In this document: positions 12,872 to 25,505 of the stretch, piece by piece
Numbering within the stretch: the first letter of the stretch is position 1
Layout of the letters: every line of letters begins with the position of its first letter
NCBI RefSeq assembly: GCF_964188315.1
Contig: NC_135669.1
Span: forward strand, 27,838,001 to 27,902,000
Reading direction: 5' to 3'
DNA: 64,000 nucleotides
Origin: Podarcis muralis
Taxonomy: Eukaryota
Notes under the pieces: generated by a model
Told to the model about the DNA's origin: nothing
The model's input: the letters and a program-made list of their open reading frames with translations, nothing else
The model's database searches: none
Translations under genes and position numbers: made by a program

Positions 12872-13001
12872 CTGTGTCCCTTCTGCACATTTTCCTCCAT
12901 TTTCACTGGTTACTTCTAAGCGCATAAATTTAGGAGAGCGACCCGGTCGCCTGCCTGGTCCAAATCTTCGTTTTCCTCGTCCACGACCTCTGCCTCTTGC
13001 T
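12872..13001 (-). CDS. PRDM10: PRDM10 exon: RG-rich basic segment (130 nt)
   Basis: [44 protein letters not shown]. Phase 2-0. Confidence 0.95.
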
Positions 13002-13241
13002 CTGCAAAATATATAGGAAACTGAGTTAGAGAGGGGAACGATCTGTATTCCTGAGTCTCATGGGTCCAGTCAATGGGAACAGGCTGTACAATGGGGCTTC
13101 CAGAAATGAACAGCCAGAGGCTTCCAGGTAGCAGGCCGCAAAGGCAATAACCCTCCCCTCTTGTTTGCCCTCAGCATCTGGTATCCAGGGATATGCTTCC
13201 CCTGGAACATAGTCCAGGTCATTGTTGTAAACAGGAACATA

Positions 13242-13467
13242 CAGTGGTACCTTGGGTTACATACGCTTCAGGTTACAGACTCCGCTAACCCAGAAATATT
13301 ACCTCGGGTTAAGAACTTTGTTTCAGGATGAGAACAGAAATTGTGCAGTGGCGGCGCAGCGGCAGCAGGAGGCCCCATTAGCTAAAGTGGTGCTTCAGGT
13401 TAAGAACAGTTTCAGGTTAAGAACGGACCTCCAGAACAAATTAAGTATGTTACCCGAGGTACCACTG
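13242..13467. mobile_element. Tc1/mariner (Tigger-like) MITE
   Basis: TIRs CAGTGGTACC/GGTACCACTG with TA TSDs. Confidence 0.9.
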
Positions 13468-13703
13468 TATTAGTTTAGATCATGGGTGAGCAACCTGCAG
13501 CCCCAGGGTCACATCCTCATTTAATGTGGCCCCAAATATCTCCTGAAATTGCCCCGTTCTTCCATTCCATCAAAGGGTTGTATCCAAGTTGGCTTTACTC
13601 AGAGTAGTCCCACTGGAATTAATGTGCCTAACTTAGGCATGTTCATTTATTTCAAGGGGGCTACTCTGAATATAACCAGTACTGGAAGCAACTGGAGGCT
13701 ATA

Positions 13704-13920
13704 CAGTCATACCTCGAAAGTTAAACGGAATCCGTTCCGGAAGTCCATTCGACTTCCAAAATGTTTGAAAACCAAAGCACGGCTTCTGATTGGCTGCAGG
13801 AAGCTCCTGCAGTCAATTGGAAGCCGCAGAAGCCCCATTGGACATTCGGCTTCCAAAAGAACGTTTGAAAGCCAGAACACTCACTTCTGGGTTTCAATTG
13901 TTTGGGACTTGGGTCGACTT
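13704..13920. mobile_element. Second mariner-type MITE, truncated
   Basis: Starts TA|CAGTCATACCTCG. No right TIR found; right boundary approximate. Confidence 0.55.
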
Positions 13921-14339
13921 ATGAAACCCTAGAATGATCCCTGAGCACCTCCTCTATCTCCCGCTATGCAGCATGGGGGATTCCAGAGGTGAGCGGCAAC
14001 ATACTAGCCTCCCAGTCCCAAATGGACCTTGGGCAAAGGGGAGAGGCCTGAAAGAAGGAAACAAATACAATAGCCCTCCTGCAGTCAAGGAGGGCAACAG
14101 CCTGAAACACACTCCATGTGGACATTAGAGGCCATTCTGCCGTTTAGTTAACTGGTTATGGTCCTGACCTTTTGAACTTCTGCAATACATAAATGTGCCC
14201 CACTCGCTTCTACGTGGCACAAGAGCAATCCAGCCCATTACTGGAGAAAGGGGCTCTCACCTTTGAGCTCAGGAGATTGTGGCACACAACCTTCAGGAGA
14301 AAATAAGTCTCTGTACATTCTTCTTAGGAAATCAAATTT

Positions 14340-14357
14340 CTCTCTCTCTCTCTCTCC

Positions 14358-14390
<33 letters not shown>
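14340..14390. repeat. Compound (TC)n(TG)n microsatellite
   Basis: Read directly. Confidence 0.95.
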
Positions 14391-14459
14391 CTTTCAAACA
14401 AGAACCTGCAGGGAACAACTCAGCTTTGAAAAGCTGAGCTTCTGCACACTTATAAATAC

Positions 14460-14577
14460 CTGCTGAAGAAATCCAGCTTTTCATCATGGGAGTTCAGGTG
14501 CTGCTGGAGCTGCTCTGAGCTCATGAACCGTCGGTTGCACTCATAACATGGCCAGTTTTTTTCTTGCTCTCGGAGAA
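14460..14577 (-). CDS. PRDM10: PRDM10 exon: first C2H2 finger (118 nt)
   Basis: [40 protein letters not shown]. Phase 1-2. CTAAC branch-like motif lies close to a weak pyrimidine tract. Confidence 0.95.
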
Positions 14578-15774
14578 CTGCATTTTCAAGTTAGACCAAT
14601 CGATAAGGAAAACTTCAGACGCCACCAAGCTTTTCAGATTTCTACCAAAGACTCCCCCCCTCCATCCTCTGTACTTTCAGGGGGCCACAGAGATCAGAAT
14701 GACTAAGGAATATGTTCTACACACCTTTTGCTCGTAGTCTGTATTTTATTCCCCTCTAAGCATGGGTTAGGAACACAGAAGGACAGAGAAGATTATAAGA
14801 AGACAGGGAATACTACATCTACATTCCCTCTTGTTCTTACACCTTACAGAAGTGCTCAGCTGCTCTGTAGTTTACCTACTGGAAAATCTGCACTCCAAAT
14901 AAATTATTCACTCCTACAACATTTATTTTGCATAAACTCACTCACTTTGAATATTTTACTCTGAATTCAATGGTGGTTTGGGGTTTTTTTTTGCATAACA
15001 TGGGATTTTTGGCCAGGAGAGGACAGGAATTAAATGTATAAGACTACCAAGGACAGTAGGAATGGGGAATGGGTGGGAGGACATGCCTGGAATGAAAGAA
15101 GGCATGTTAGGAAATCAAGCAGGGTCTTTGCTCCTGTCTGTTGCAGCTTTGGAAAATACTAGCAGCCAATTGAATATGGTTACTGCACAACTTGCTTGAA
15201 ATATACATGAACTGCATAGATTGAACCCAGGATCAGCACATTCTCAAACCTATCTCAATCATGAGAACTAGATGCTTGAATTTTTGTTTTAAAGTAAGTG
15301 CAAATTCTGCACCATAGTGAATCACAGACAGGGAAGAGCTCAGTCTGTAGATCAGACTAGATTTCTGAGGTTTCATTTCTATCAATCTTTCCATGAAGCA
15401 ACTAGAACTTATATTTGTTTTCAAGCTCCTTTTTTGCATAAGGACTCGATCTGATAGTGTCTGTGCACCATCCATCATAGTGATGGGAACGAAAAGGGGG
15501 ATTTTGTGGGGTACTTCAATTGCAGGCCGTGTTTGCCAACAGCAGCTATTACCATGTGCATCAATAAAAGGCAGCCTCTTTTAATGTGTACCACTAATTA
15601 TGTAGAAGCATATTTAACAACAAACAAAATTTGGCAATGCAGCCTTAACCTAGATCCAATTTGAGTCTATCTGGAGCTAGGCATGCAAAATTCCACCTGC
15701 TAGTGCTAATTCAGTGCTGCAATATACCCTATGAGTTAAACAATCAACTGGAAAAGTAAAAAGGAGATAAATAC

Positions 15775-15847
15775 CTTTCCTTTCCTCTTCGGATACATCA
15801 TGGATTTTCTGATTGACAAATTCAGCATACGAAGCAGCATACCACAC
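15775..15847 (-). CDS. PRDM10: PRDM10 exon: end of PR/SET domain (73 nt)
   Basis: [24 protein letters not shown]. The ELKVWY motif spans the junction. Confidence 0.96.
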
Positions 15848-16080
15848 CTGCAGCAAATTCACATGGGATTAATTAGAATTTTCACTGGAGAATCTAAAAA
15901 ATTAACTGCTTGTCTATTGCAGCTATATCCTGCCCTTCCACCAAGGAACTGAGGGCAGCATACACAGAGGCCATCTTGTCTGAGAGATAGTGGCCTCTCA
16001 GCATTGCTAAGAAAGCTTCTTGGGTGAGCAGTGACTCCAAGCCTTGTCATCCTGGTCCAAGTCTGACACTCAGTTCACTA

Positions 16081-16424
16081 AGGTAAAGGACCCCTGGACA
16101 GTTAAGTCCAGTCAAAGGTGATTATGGGGTGTGGCACTCATCTCGCTTTACAGGCCGAGGGAGCAGGTGTCTGTCCGCAGACAGCTTTCCGGGTCATGTG
16201 GCCAGCATGACTAAACCGCTTCTGGCACACGAAACACCGTTTACCTTCCCGCCACATTGGTACCTATTTATCTACTTGCAGGGCATGCTTTCAAACTGCT
16301 AGGTTGGAAGGAGGTGGGACAGAGCAATGGGAGCTCACTCCTTTGTGGGGATTCGAACCGCCAACCTTCCGATCGACAAGCCCAAGAGGCTCGGTGATTT
16401 AGGCCACAGCACCACCCGCGTCCC
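16081..16424 (-). mobile_element. Sauria SINE
   Basis: Reverse complement begins GGGACGCGGGTGG, has B-box GGTTCGAATCC and an (ACCTTT)n-type tail. Confidence 0.9.
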
Positions 16425-17304
16425 ACCTCAATCACTACAACACGTCTGGGCAGACAGTGGAATAGGATCTACTGGTAGATCTGCAAAGATTTCAGACTCC
16501 CAATTGTTTAACAATGACAACAACAAAATGATTCCACCCACCCCTGCTGCCCAAATTATACAGCTGAAATAAAATGAAAAGCTGGGGTGAGGGTAAGCAA
16601 GAGTAATTTTTTTGTGCAGAAGGACTGTGAGTTCAATTCTGGTACTCAAAGAAAATCCACAGGCTCAAGATTATATAATTCCAAATATGCTGTTTGCACT
16701 AGGCTCCAGTGAGTAGATCTTGGGGAGTTCTAGTAACAAACAAAGTCTACCCACTACACCACACTGGCTCTCACTTGAATCAGCTAGCATTTTATTATTC
16801 ATTTTATACATGGGTGACACTGACATGAAAGAGAAAGAGATAAATTCAAGTACACATGTCTTTAGTAGCTCCAAAAGTGATATTTTTTTTTTGTACAAGT
16901 GTCAAGAGGCCTTTTAAGTGTGCCGAGCCATGAATATTCTGAAGAGGCTGTTACTATAGCAATTTATTTCATCTTGTTGCACAGACAGTGTGGCTGAGTG
17001 GTTCGACTCTAATCACAAATCCTCATTCACTGATTGTCACAATAGTGAAAGTACGGCAGGAGGGGCGAGCACTTTCCAAAATGCCATAAGTTATACTGTG
17101 AGGAGGAAGGGGGAGAATACATGACTCTCTTTTGTGTCTTGGATTACATCTTTCATGTGTTCTCCAGTAAAACCATTAAAAACAGTTGGAAACAATAAAA
17201 CAGCACTAATTGTAATTCTAGTGGCCGCGCTTGCGTAATGCATTATAGGGTTCAAAACGAGATAAAGGCATGTCCAGAACACGTCCAGATGGACAAGTCA
17301 AATG

Positions 17305-17306
<2 letters not shown>

Positions 17307-17342
<36 letters not shown>
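17307..17342. repeat. (GT)18 microsatellite
   Basis: Read directly. Confidence 0.97.
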
Positions 17343-17344
<2 letters not shown>

Positions 17345-18459
17345 TCCACAGCATCATCTCCACCATCCTGTGGACCAGGGGTGCCAACCTGAATAAAATA
17401 TTGGGGGGAGGCAGATAAACCCTGCCCTACATAATAGGTCACATGGCATGACACATGCACACTATTTGAATGGCAATGCCCATTAACTTTTTTGGGGGGT
17501 GGGGACAGGGCCCTCAAATATTTCATTTGGGGGCAAAAGGGACCTCAGCCTCTAGGAGTTGGCTGGTATTCTGTGGACAGAGGGAGGGATTGGGCAAGTC
17601 AAGAGCCGATGCTGGATCACGCACTACAGATTCCTTCTTGGTCCTGTCAAGATCTTGCACATTTCAAGGACTTGCAGGATTAAGGCACAAGGCAGAAAAG
17701 GAAGTGGAGAAGGCAAGAATCAGGAAAAGCCCAGATGGCGGCACTCATCTTTTGACTGCCCTCCAGATCTCAAGCTGTAAGCTTAATATAAAAAGCTATT
17801 CTCCCAACTGTTCCAAGTTCCACTTGATTTGTTTTAAGCATGGGATAAAAATAACTTCGTGGTGATTGGAATCACAAGCAGAAAAGTCAGATTATCACAC
17901 GCACAGGCCAAACTGCAAACCTCGGAGGTACGCTGATTGAAGTAAATGGTGCCTCATTAGTTGAGAAAAGCCAATCCCATTCATGGATGGGCAGGGGAAA
18001 GTGCCACAAAGGGGGAAAGGGAGAGAGAATGAAAAGTAAACCAAGATGCTTCAGTGCATACAGGAGGTGGATGATATCAGGCACATCTCAACCTCCAATT
18101 TGCTTACACATTCAAGGTGGTTGGAGTGAACCGACAGTCAACAGACCCAAGCAAGATCAAGAATTCTTGACCCACATTTCCAGCATAAGTGATCAGATGG
18201 GCTGTTATTTCTGGTAAGTACATTATCCTATAGTGATTCAATACAGACAATAGAACATGTCGCCCATATACCCTGGAAAGCCATGGTTGTACAGATAGGG
18301 TAGACATCTCAGAACAAGAACCATGGGAATTATGAATGAATGAATCAAGCCCTAAGGCTTTATCTCTCTGCTGAGTAGTAGGGAACCCTTCTAGCAGGTT
18401 GGTAAGCTGTGCTGTTTGACTCAACAAAAAGGAAATATATAATGCAGGTTGCCCCATAC

Positions 18460-18663
18460 CTTGAGTTCCTGTTTGGGCTCCACGTTCTTAATCGTTGTGT
18501 AATAAATATGGTGGCCATACTGGTAGGCGACCAGATTCTGCTCCAGGTGATTCTGGGCTGGCCGCACAAACATCATCCAGTTGCAAAGAGCCTCGCTAGA
18601 CAGTTCAAACCAGAGATCTTCCTGCAGACCCCGGTCTTTTCTGTCACCTTTGTCAAGGGACAC
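18460..18663 (-). CDS. PRDM10: PRDM10 exon: PR/SET domain (204 nt)
   Basis: [68 protein letters not shown]. Donor AAG|GTATGG. Confidence 0.97.
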
Positions 18664-19124
18664 CTAAGGCAAGATAAAATATATTATCTATAAACATACA
18701 CACACAAACAGAGGATGTCGGTGAGATGTGGCTGCTGTGTCCACAATGGAAGAAACAGTTTGCATCAGGAATCCGGGTAATTAGAAGAAGAAAAAAGGTT
18801 TACAGGGCAGACAGAGCATGAAGCTGCTGAAGACTGGCAGATTTGTCAGCAGCTTTTGTTAGCTTGCATCATAGTCTAGGTTGGTGAAGTCATTTCAAAG
18901 AGTTATTATCTCACAGGTGATATTGTGCTAACCTGTAGGACTGAGTATACCTGAACCCATTTACATCTGTGGGCTTAGCATAGATTACTTTATCTCAAGT
19001 CATTTATTTCAGCTGATTGATTCAAGAATGCAATCTATGCTTTCAACTTTTTGAAGTCATCTTGCGAAACAGTCATTTTTTAAGTGCACTGGGCCTCTGC
19101 TTGTGTGAGCACACATGCATATAT

Positions 19125-19133
19125 GTGTGTGTA

Positions 19134-19165
<32 letters not shown>

Positions 19166-19200
19166 TCTATCCATATATCTATCCATATATCCGTCTATCC
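19125..19200. repeat. Imperfect (GT)/(TCTG)/(TCTA)n microsatellite
   Basis: Read directly. Confidence 0.9.
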
Positions 19201-20079
19201 ACACACAAATACACAATTTTGGCAAGTTAGCACATACAAATAAATAATACTAATATGTATGTGTATTTACACACACACAACACACAAACACTTTCAATGG
19301 TGCCATGACCCAAGGGATAACCATGGAAGGCCTGATGGAGGTTGCTTGACCAGTCCTCATCAAGTTTAAGTCATGGATGGGGTCAGCTGTGGTGAGGAGG
19401 CAAAAATGAATGCGAGTTGAGATGGCCCCTAATTCTGGAAGGGGCTGGCCCTGACCTGACATAAGCTTTGCAAGGGAGGTGTTTTTGAACAGCTGGAATT
19501 TGAAGCCCCTTGATTTGAAGTTCAGTCCCATCACTAACATTTGCTGTTAAATGAAACTTGAATTCCGTCTGCAGGGATCTATGCTTCCTGCTGTCACTGC
19601 GAGCCCCCCCCCCCCGAAAATTGAAACCCAAAGAGGCTATAGAACTCTCACTTCCAAGTACCAGAGTGATTTCAATACCTCTGTGAGTCAGTGACCCATG
19701 CATCTATGTATAGACAGAAATTTGTGCCCATTGTTTTCACTTTGTGTATCTCATGAAGTAGGCTCTTGTCTTCTAAAGCTCATGCCACAACAATCAGTCT
19801 TTTATTTAGCACAAGACCTATTGTTGCTCCTGATCGTTATGAGCTAGTTCTCCATAAGGAAGTGGGATTCCTGCATACTGAACGCCAAGATGCTTCTGGA
19901 ACTACATGAAATGTCTTGCCTCTCCTCTATTTGCACTGCGTACTGGATGTGTATGATCACATAGTCATGTTGATCCCATTTCTTGCGAGTCCCTGGAGTT
20001 CCTTCCAGGGAAATTACTATACTGCACAAAATGTCTCGAAACGAGTCGGTCGCACAGCAAATGCGTAGTGCCTCTTTAC

Positions 20080-20321
20080 CTTTAGATGGATATAGCAGTC
20101 TTTAAGCTCTGACTGCCTGACCAGGGGTCCTTCCACAGGGCCAAACTGTGTGCGCTTGGGAATGCGCCGCTTGGAAAACACTCCTCCCAGGAATCGGTCT
20201 ATGTGAAGCACTAAAGGAAGGCTGGCTCTTGCTCTGGTCAGTACAGGCCGGTTTGGGATCGGGTGCAAGGGTCCATGCTTTGGGCAAACTGAGGGGTGTG
20301 CATTATTACACTCTTCACACC
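20080..20321 (-). CDS. PRDM10: PRDM10 exon: zinc knuckle and start of PR/SET domain (242 nt)
   Basis: (W)[80 protein letters not shown]. Canonical splice sites. Confidence 0.97.
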
Positions 20322-20381
20322 CTGAAAGACATAATTGGAAAGGACAGGAATACATGACAAAGTCCCACATCCCATTTATAT

Positions 20382-20509
20382 TAAGGTTACCAGATTCCCC
20401 CCCCCCCAATGAATCCAGAGACACTTTTCAACTTCAATGGGTTCTGTATGGGGACTGATTTGTAAATCCGGGGACTGTCCCTGAGAAACGGGGATGTCTG
20501 GTAACCTTA
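20382..20509. mobile_element. hAT (Blackjack-like) MITE, 128 bp
   Basis: 13-bp TIR TAAGGTTACCAGA/TCTGGTAACCTTA. Perfect 8-bp TSD ATTTATAT (20374-20381, 20510-20517). Confidence 0.9.
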
Positions 20510-21237
20510 ATTTATATACTAGAAGCAGGAGGCACAGAACCTGGAAACTCTCAACCAAATTCTAGCAACGAAGGCCTCCACATTCAGAGTAGCTAAAGGA
20601 CACCTATTGTTTGAAAGGGTTGTCCCCACTGCACAAATCCTCAACCTCATGGGCTTAGTTGGAATTAATCCATCTCCAGATCAGTTGGATCTCTGGGATA
20701 GTGGAGGAAAGATTCTCCTCCTCTCCTGAGAAGCAGCAGCACCTGGTTGTTGACTTTTAATGCAGAGAGCTTTGCCCTAAAGATTCCAACAGGGAAAGGT
20801 TGTAGAAAAGCTCAGAGGAAAGTACCCCAGTCCACTTGGCTTGTTCCACTGCCTTCCACTCCCCTCTGCCCTCCACAAACCCCCTGCACAATTCAGATGA
20901 ATAAACGGTTCTTCGCGTGCACCCCCACCGGTGCTGAGGAGGCAACTTGTGCCAGCACTAATAGCATTGCACTAGATCCTGACTAAGACCACTGCGAACA
21001 GCTGACTAAGTACACAGATCTATTTGTAGATCTCTGGGTGATTTGTAGTAGATTGCCAAGGTTTTCTTGACTCCCAATAGTTTAACAACAGTAGCAACTA
21101 AATGACTTCCCTCATCTTTATTGGGCTGCTAAAATGCAGAAAGCTAACCAGGAGTAAGTGGACTGGACTGTGAGCTCAGTTCCAGTACCAAAATTCTATT
21201 CCTAGAGTCAGAATGTGCTCAGAAACAACTTGCCATG

Positions 21238-21424
21238 GGAACATAGGAAGATGCCTCACACCAAATCAGATTGTTAGTCCACCAAGCTCAGTGTTGTCTG
21301 CACTGATTGGCAGTGTTTCTCGGAAGGTCTCTGACATGGATCTGTGTCCAGACCTACCTGGAGATGTCAGAGACTGAACCTGGGACTTCTGCAGATGCCC
21401 TGCCATGGAGCTATGGCCCTTCCC
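21238..21424 (-). mobile_element. tRNA(Ala)-derived SINE (Squam2-like), degenerate
   Basis: Homologous to 25337-25505 and 33281-33460; cataggaag tail. Confidence 0.65.
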
Positions 21425-21692
21425 ATATTCTCTAATTCTAAATGTTAGTCTTTGGTGCCCGGCACTGGTTGATAAGATTTCAAGGTTCAACTAAAAACAA
21501 AGTAAATCCAACAAGAGTGACCCTACTTCTCTGGCTCAGCAGTGCTAGTTTCATCACTCCCCTTGCTTCGAAGCACCGATTCCTGGAGTGCAATTCAAAT
21601 GAAATGGCTTTGGGTTCATTCCCATATTGCAGTGGTAAGCCAATGAAAGGGAGAAGAGGCGTAGCAAAAACAAGACACCCTTGAATGCTTAC

Positions 21693-21930
21693 ACAGGTCA
21701 TTTGGGTCAAAGGGATGAGGTGGATCTGGATCCCATTCATCCATGTCAGTATCTTCTCCCTCTTCTTCCTCATCTTCCTCATCCTCATCGTCATCATCAT
21801 CCTCATCATCCTCATCATTTTCCTCTTTCGCTTCCGTATCACTTATTGGGTTGTGCAAAGGTTCTAGAGGACCAGACTCATCCACGGCCTCCATAGGAGG
21901 CAAAACTTGGCTGTGCACTGGTATTGATAC
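21693..21930 (-). CDS. PRDM10: PRDM10 exon with acidic tract (238 nt)
   Basis: VSIPVHSQVLPPMEAV...EAKEENDEDDEDDDDDEDEEDEEEEGEDTDMDEWDPDPPHPFDPNDL. AG/GT boundaries, ends in phase 1. Confidence 0.95.
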
Positions 21931-24900
21931 CTAGAGAGGGGAAATCAGCAAAAATGTGCTGTGATCCGGAACAGCAAACCAGAAAATAATAGTGATCATA
22001 TCTCAGCTAATACCAGTGGCATCTGGGGTTGTACCCCTTGCTAGCCCTGCTCAGAATAGACCCAGGGAAGTCAAACTGCTTTGAGTTTTGTTTTGTTTTG
22101 TTTGTTTTTACAATCAAGCAGTGTGCTAAATTTATGAAATAAATAAATAAACAAGCTAACTTATGTTCATTCATTTAAATAGGTCTGTTCTCAGTAGAAG
22201 TTATTTGGAGATGACTCAAGATTGGAGAAGATGAGGTATACCTAAGCAGGGCTTCAGTTTTTGCCTAGAGCAAGTAGGACAACTGGGTGGTGTGAGAGAT
22301 GGGTGGCAGGCAGCATGGCAGCTAAACCCTCTACTGCCATGTTGAATGTTGAAATGGATTCATGCTGGGCCGGCCCTACCATCAGGCCGACGGAGGCAGC
22401 TGCCTTGGGGAGTGGACACTAGGGGAAGAAGAGAAGTGTTGGAGGATAGCGCAGGGTGGATCACACAGGCTTCCATTTGCTCCCTAAGCTGCCCTGCTGC
22501 CATTGGACACTGCCACATTTCTGACTACAGGTGGGCTCAAATCTCATGTAGTTCACTCTCCACATTGTTCAGGCGTAGGAGACAATTGCCAGATGGGGAA
22601 CTTTACTAAGTGTGTGAAAATATATCTCAGAACTATTAAGAGTCTGGTGGACAGTGTTACGCTTGATTGCAGAACAGCTGGCTTTCAAATGCTTTTGCAA
22701 CCATGAATACAGTAGGCATCTTGAGCCAAGCCACCATCCCAGGTCTATTTGCTGTAAAGTGAGAGAATATCAAGAACCTGCTTTCACAAGACCAACGTCT
22801 TATTAAGCCTTGCAAAAAGTATTCAGCGCACTAATAATGATGGAGACTGGCAAGAAGGCGGCATTAAATCAGAAAAACCTTTGGCTCCCCAGAAAGGCTT
22901 TTTGCAACTCAGCTTACCCCTTTCCTTATTCCATCTCCAAGTGAAGCCACCCAGGGTCTCCATTTTCTGCTTTAATTAGTTTGACATTAAAATATGCCCT
23001 CAAAATGATCCTGTCTATAATTTTCTCACTCCATGAAAGCCAGAGAAAACAACACCAATGCACTCAAAACACAGGGTTCGGTTAAGAGACTAGCTAATTA
23101 AAATCTAAAACCTTTGTAACAAAAAGCAACCTCCTAACTGCTTAAGGGCAATGGGTGCTCTAATTTTAAAGAGTGTTATATTTTATTTTCTATGAAGAGA
23201 AGAGTTAAATGCCCATAGTGCACTGCAGATGAGGCAGAAATCAGTATAATAGGTGTGTGTGGAGGGGGAAGGGAATTGCTGTAAGAGAGCTTAAGGAACA
23301 GGCCACACACACACACACACATATCACAAAGCATTAGAGTCTTTCAATAAGTTAGAAGTGAAACCTCAGTGCTAGGCATGCTTAGAGCTATGTATATTTG
23401 GCATTTAAATAAAATGAACCCAAATTCTGGGTCAAGGTAGCCAAAATGTTGCTTTTTCACATAAACAAACAAATAAATTTGTGAGCTGAATAAATTATGC
23501 TAAATTCTTCAATCCGAATACATGGTGCAAATAAAAATCTGCCTATGCTGGTTTATTATACTTCTTCTGGGCCTAGCTGGAGAATAAAGTGGAACGCAGA
23601 TGAATGAAGTCCCCACAGACTAGCTGCAGGAATGCTGCCTTCTGAGATTCCACAAGGCATTGCCAGATGTCTATTTAAGCCTATCTTCACAATCAACAAT
23701 AAGGACTAGACTTTTGTAAATCAAGAAAATCTTTAATAAAAACACATTTTTTTAAAAAAACCCAATAAGGACTAGAAACCTGCAGGGGTTTGCTGTTATT
23801 GCTTTTTATAACAGCTTATTGGAATGCTGAATTTTGCACTAAATAACAGAACTCCCTGAGGGTGTGGCATGACTGCAAAAGTATAGAATGCACATCAGCG
23901 TTTTCCAAACCATGTTCTGAGAACGCTTATAGGAATTCCTCAATGGCAGATAGGCAATCTGTAATCCAGCTTGCCTACCACTGTCAATCCTTTCTGTACT
24001 GACACAGGTAAATGTTCAAAAGACAGTTGAGCATAATTTACCAGGTGAGAATTTCTGGTTAAATTATCAGTTGTATGTTTTTTTAAAATAATAATAATCT
24101 ACCATGACTAGCCATGAATGAATCAGTTATCTCTTAGCCTCATTATTCTTTAATTGTAAAATATTAATATTACTTGGTTGCTTTTGACCTGATCTTAGTG
24201 TAACTCTGCTGAGCAGTTTTAGAGTTTCTGCTAAATTCCCTGATCCGTAGCCACTCAGAGGTAGATTTTTTTACTGTATATGCAGCTTATTTTATCTAGT
24301 CCTATGAATTATACAAGTTTGATTGTTTTTAAATTATATCCACCTTTACGAACAAGTTCCCCCGAGGGGGCTAACTACAAAAAAGGAAAGAAATAAAACA
24401 GTAATACAGCACACGAAATATGCAGCAGACAGTTTTTTTTAAAAGGAGAGTCAAATTAAAACCAAACCACAAGGACCTTGGGAAATAAAACAGTTATCAA
24501 GTCACATCCAAAAGCTGATAAAAAGGGGGCTGGCTGGGCACTGGGAAAGGGATTTTGCAATGCTGGAGCCACCACAGAGGAAGCCACGTTCTAATCCCTG
24601 CTAATCTAATCTCTACAGTAGTAGGTGAGAGAGCAGAGCCATTGAGACAGATAGTAACACTCCGGTAGGGTGATGTGGGTTATCCTAATATATGGTTCAC
24701 TGCTGATGCGATGCAGTGCGTAACTGGTGCTGCCTTTGCAGCCATTGTTTTACCTCTGGGCTAACACCCTCCCCCCTGCTATTTTACACCTGGCTCCAGG
24801 TGGCTTCCGAATGAACACAACAAAAGCCGACGCTCAAATTTCTATTGGTTTTGTTGGGTCCTGGTTTCTTTTAATGGGGACATGAAATGGAGAGTTCAAA

Positions 24901-24931
24901 TGTAAAAGCAATGGGGCACCTGGCAACTTAC

Positions 24932-25075
24932 TCTGTCTGCTTGAGGGTCCTGCTCCAGAGCCGCTGAGGGGTCGGCAACGCTGCCAAGCACAGAGAGGTG
25001 GGTGGGATTCATGCTCTGAGCAGCAGCAGCAGCATCAGGAGGAGGAGGAGGAGTAGCAGGCAAGAGCACAGTTAC
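24932..25075 (-). CDS. PRDM10: Candidate in-frame PRDM10 exon (144 nt, 48 aa)
   Basis: Acceptor GTGATTTTAG|G, donor AGA|GTAAGT, phase 0-0, no stops: VTVLLPATPPPPPDAAAAAQSMNPTHLSVLGSVADPSAALEQDPQADR. Absent from the human sequence I recall, but resembles a QQVTVLLP... segment I recall from non-mammalian PRDM10. Confidence 0.75.
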
Positions 25076-25336
25076 CTAAAATCACAGGCACTCGTTTTAG
25101 TCCTGTGGCATCTCCATCATTCAGATTTGTCTGGCTACAGCAAGTCCTGCAAGCCAGGTCTTTTAGGTTGCAAAATACAGTATCCGAAAGGTGTCTGAAT
25201 GGGTAGAGGCAGGTGTCAGTAATTATTTAAAACTTCGAGAGACAATGCAGATATAACATCCCACCCCCCATCCCTATGTGAGTTTCCTTTCTGCTATAAA
25301 AATACAGTGGAGCTGCCTGTGTAACTGCTGTAAGTT

Positions 25337-25505
25337 AGGAACCAGAGGAAGTGGCATTATCCTAAGTCAGTCCTCTGGTCCATCCAGCTCAGCACTGTTG
25401 GCACTGACTGTGGCTCTCCATCACTACCTGGAAATACCAGGGATCGAACCTGCGACCTTCTGTATGCAGAGCAGGTGCTCTACCACTGAGCTATAGCCCT
25501 TCCCC
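25337..25505 (-). mobile_element. tRNA(Ala)-derived SINE (Squam2-like)
   Basis: Head GGGCTATAGCTCAGTGGTAGAGCACCTGCTCTGCATACAGAAGGTCGCAGGTTCGATCCC followed by SINE body. Confidence 0.75.

Noticed and set aside
21480-21934. Several overlapping ORFs (poly-Ser, poly-His, poly-Ile/Met)
   Set aside because: Alternative-frame and antisense shadows of the acidic PRDM10 exon.
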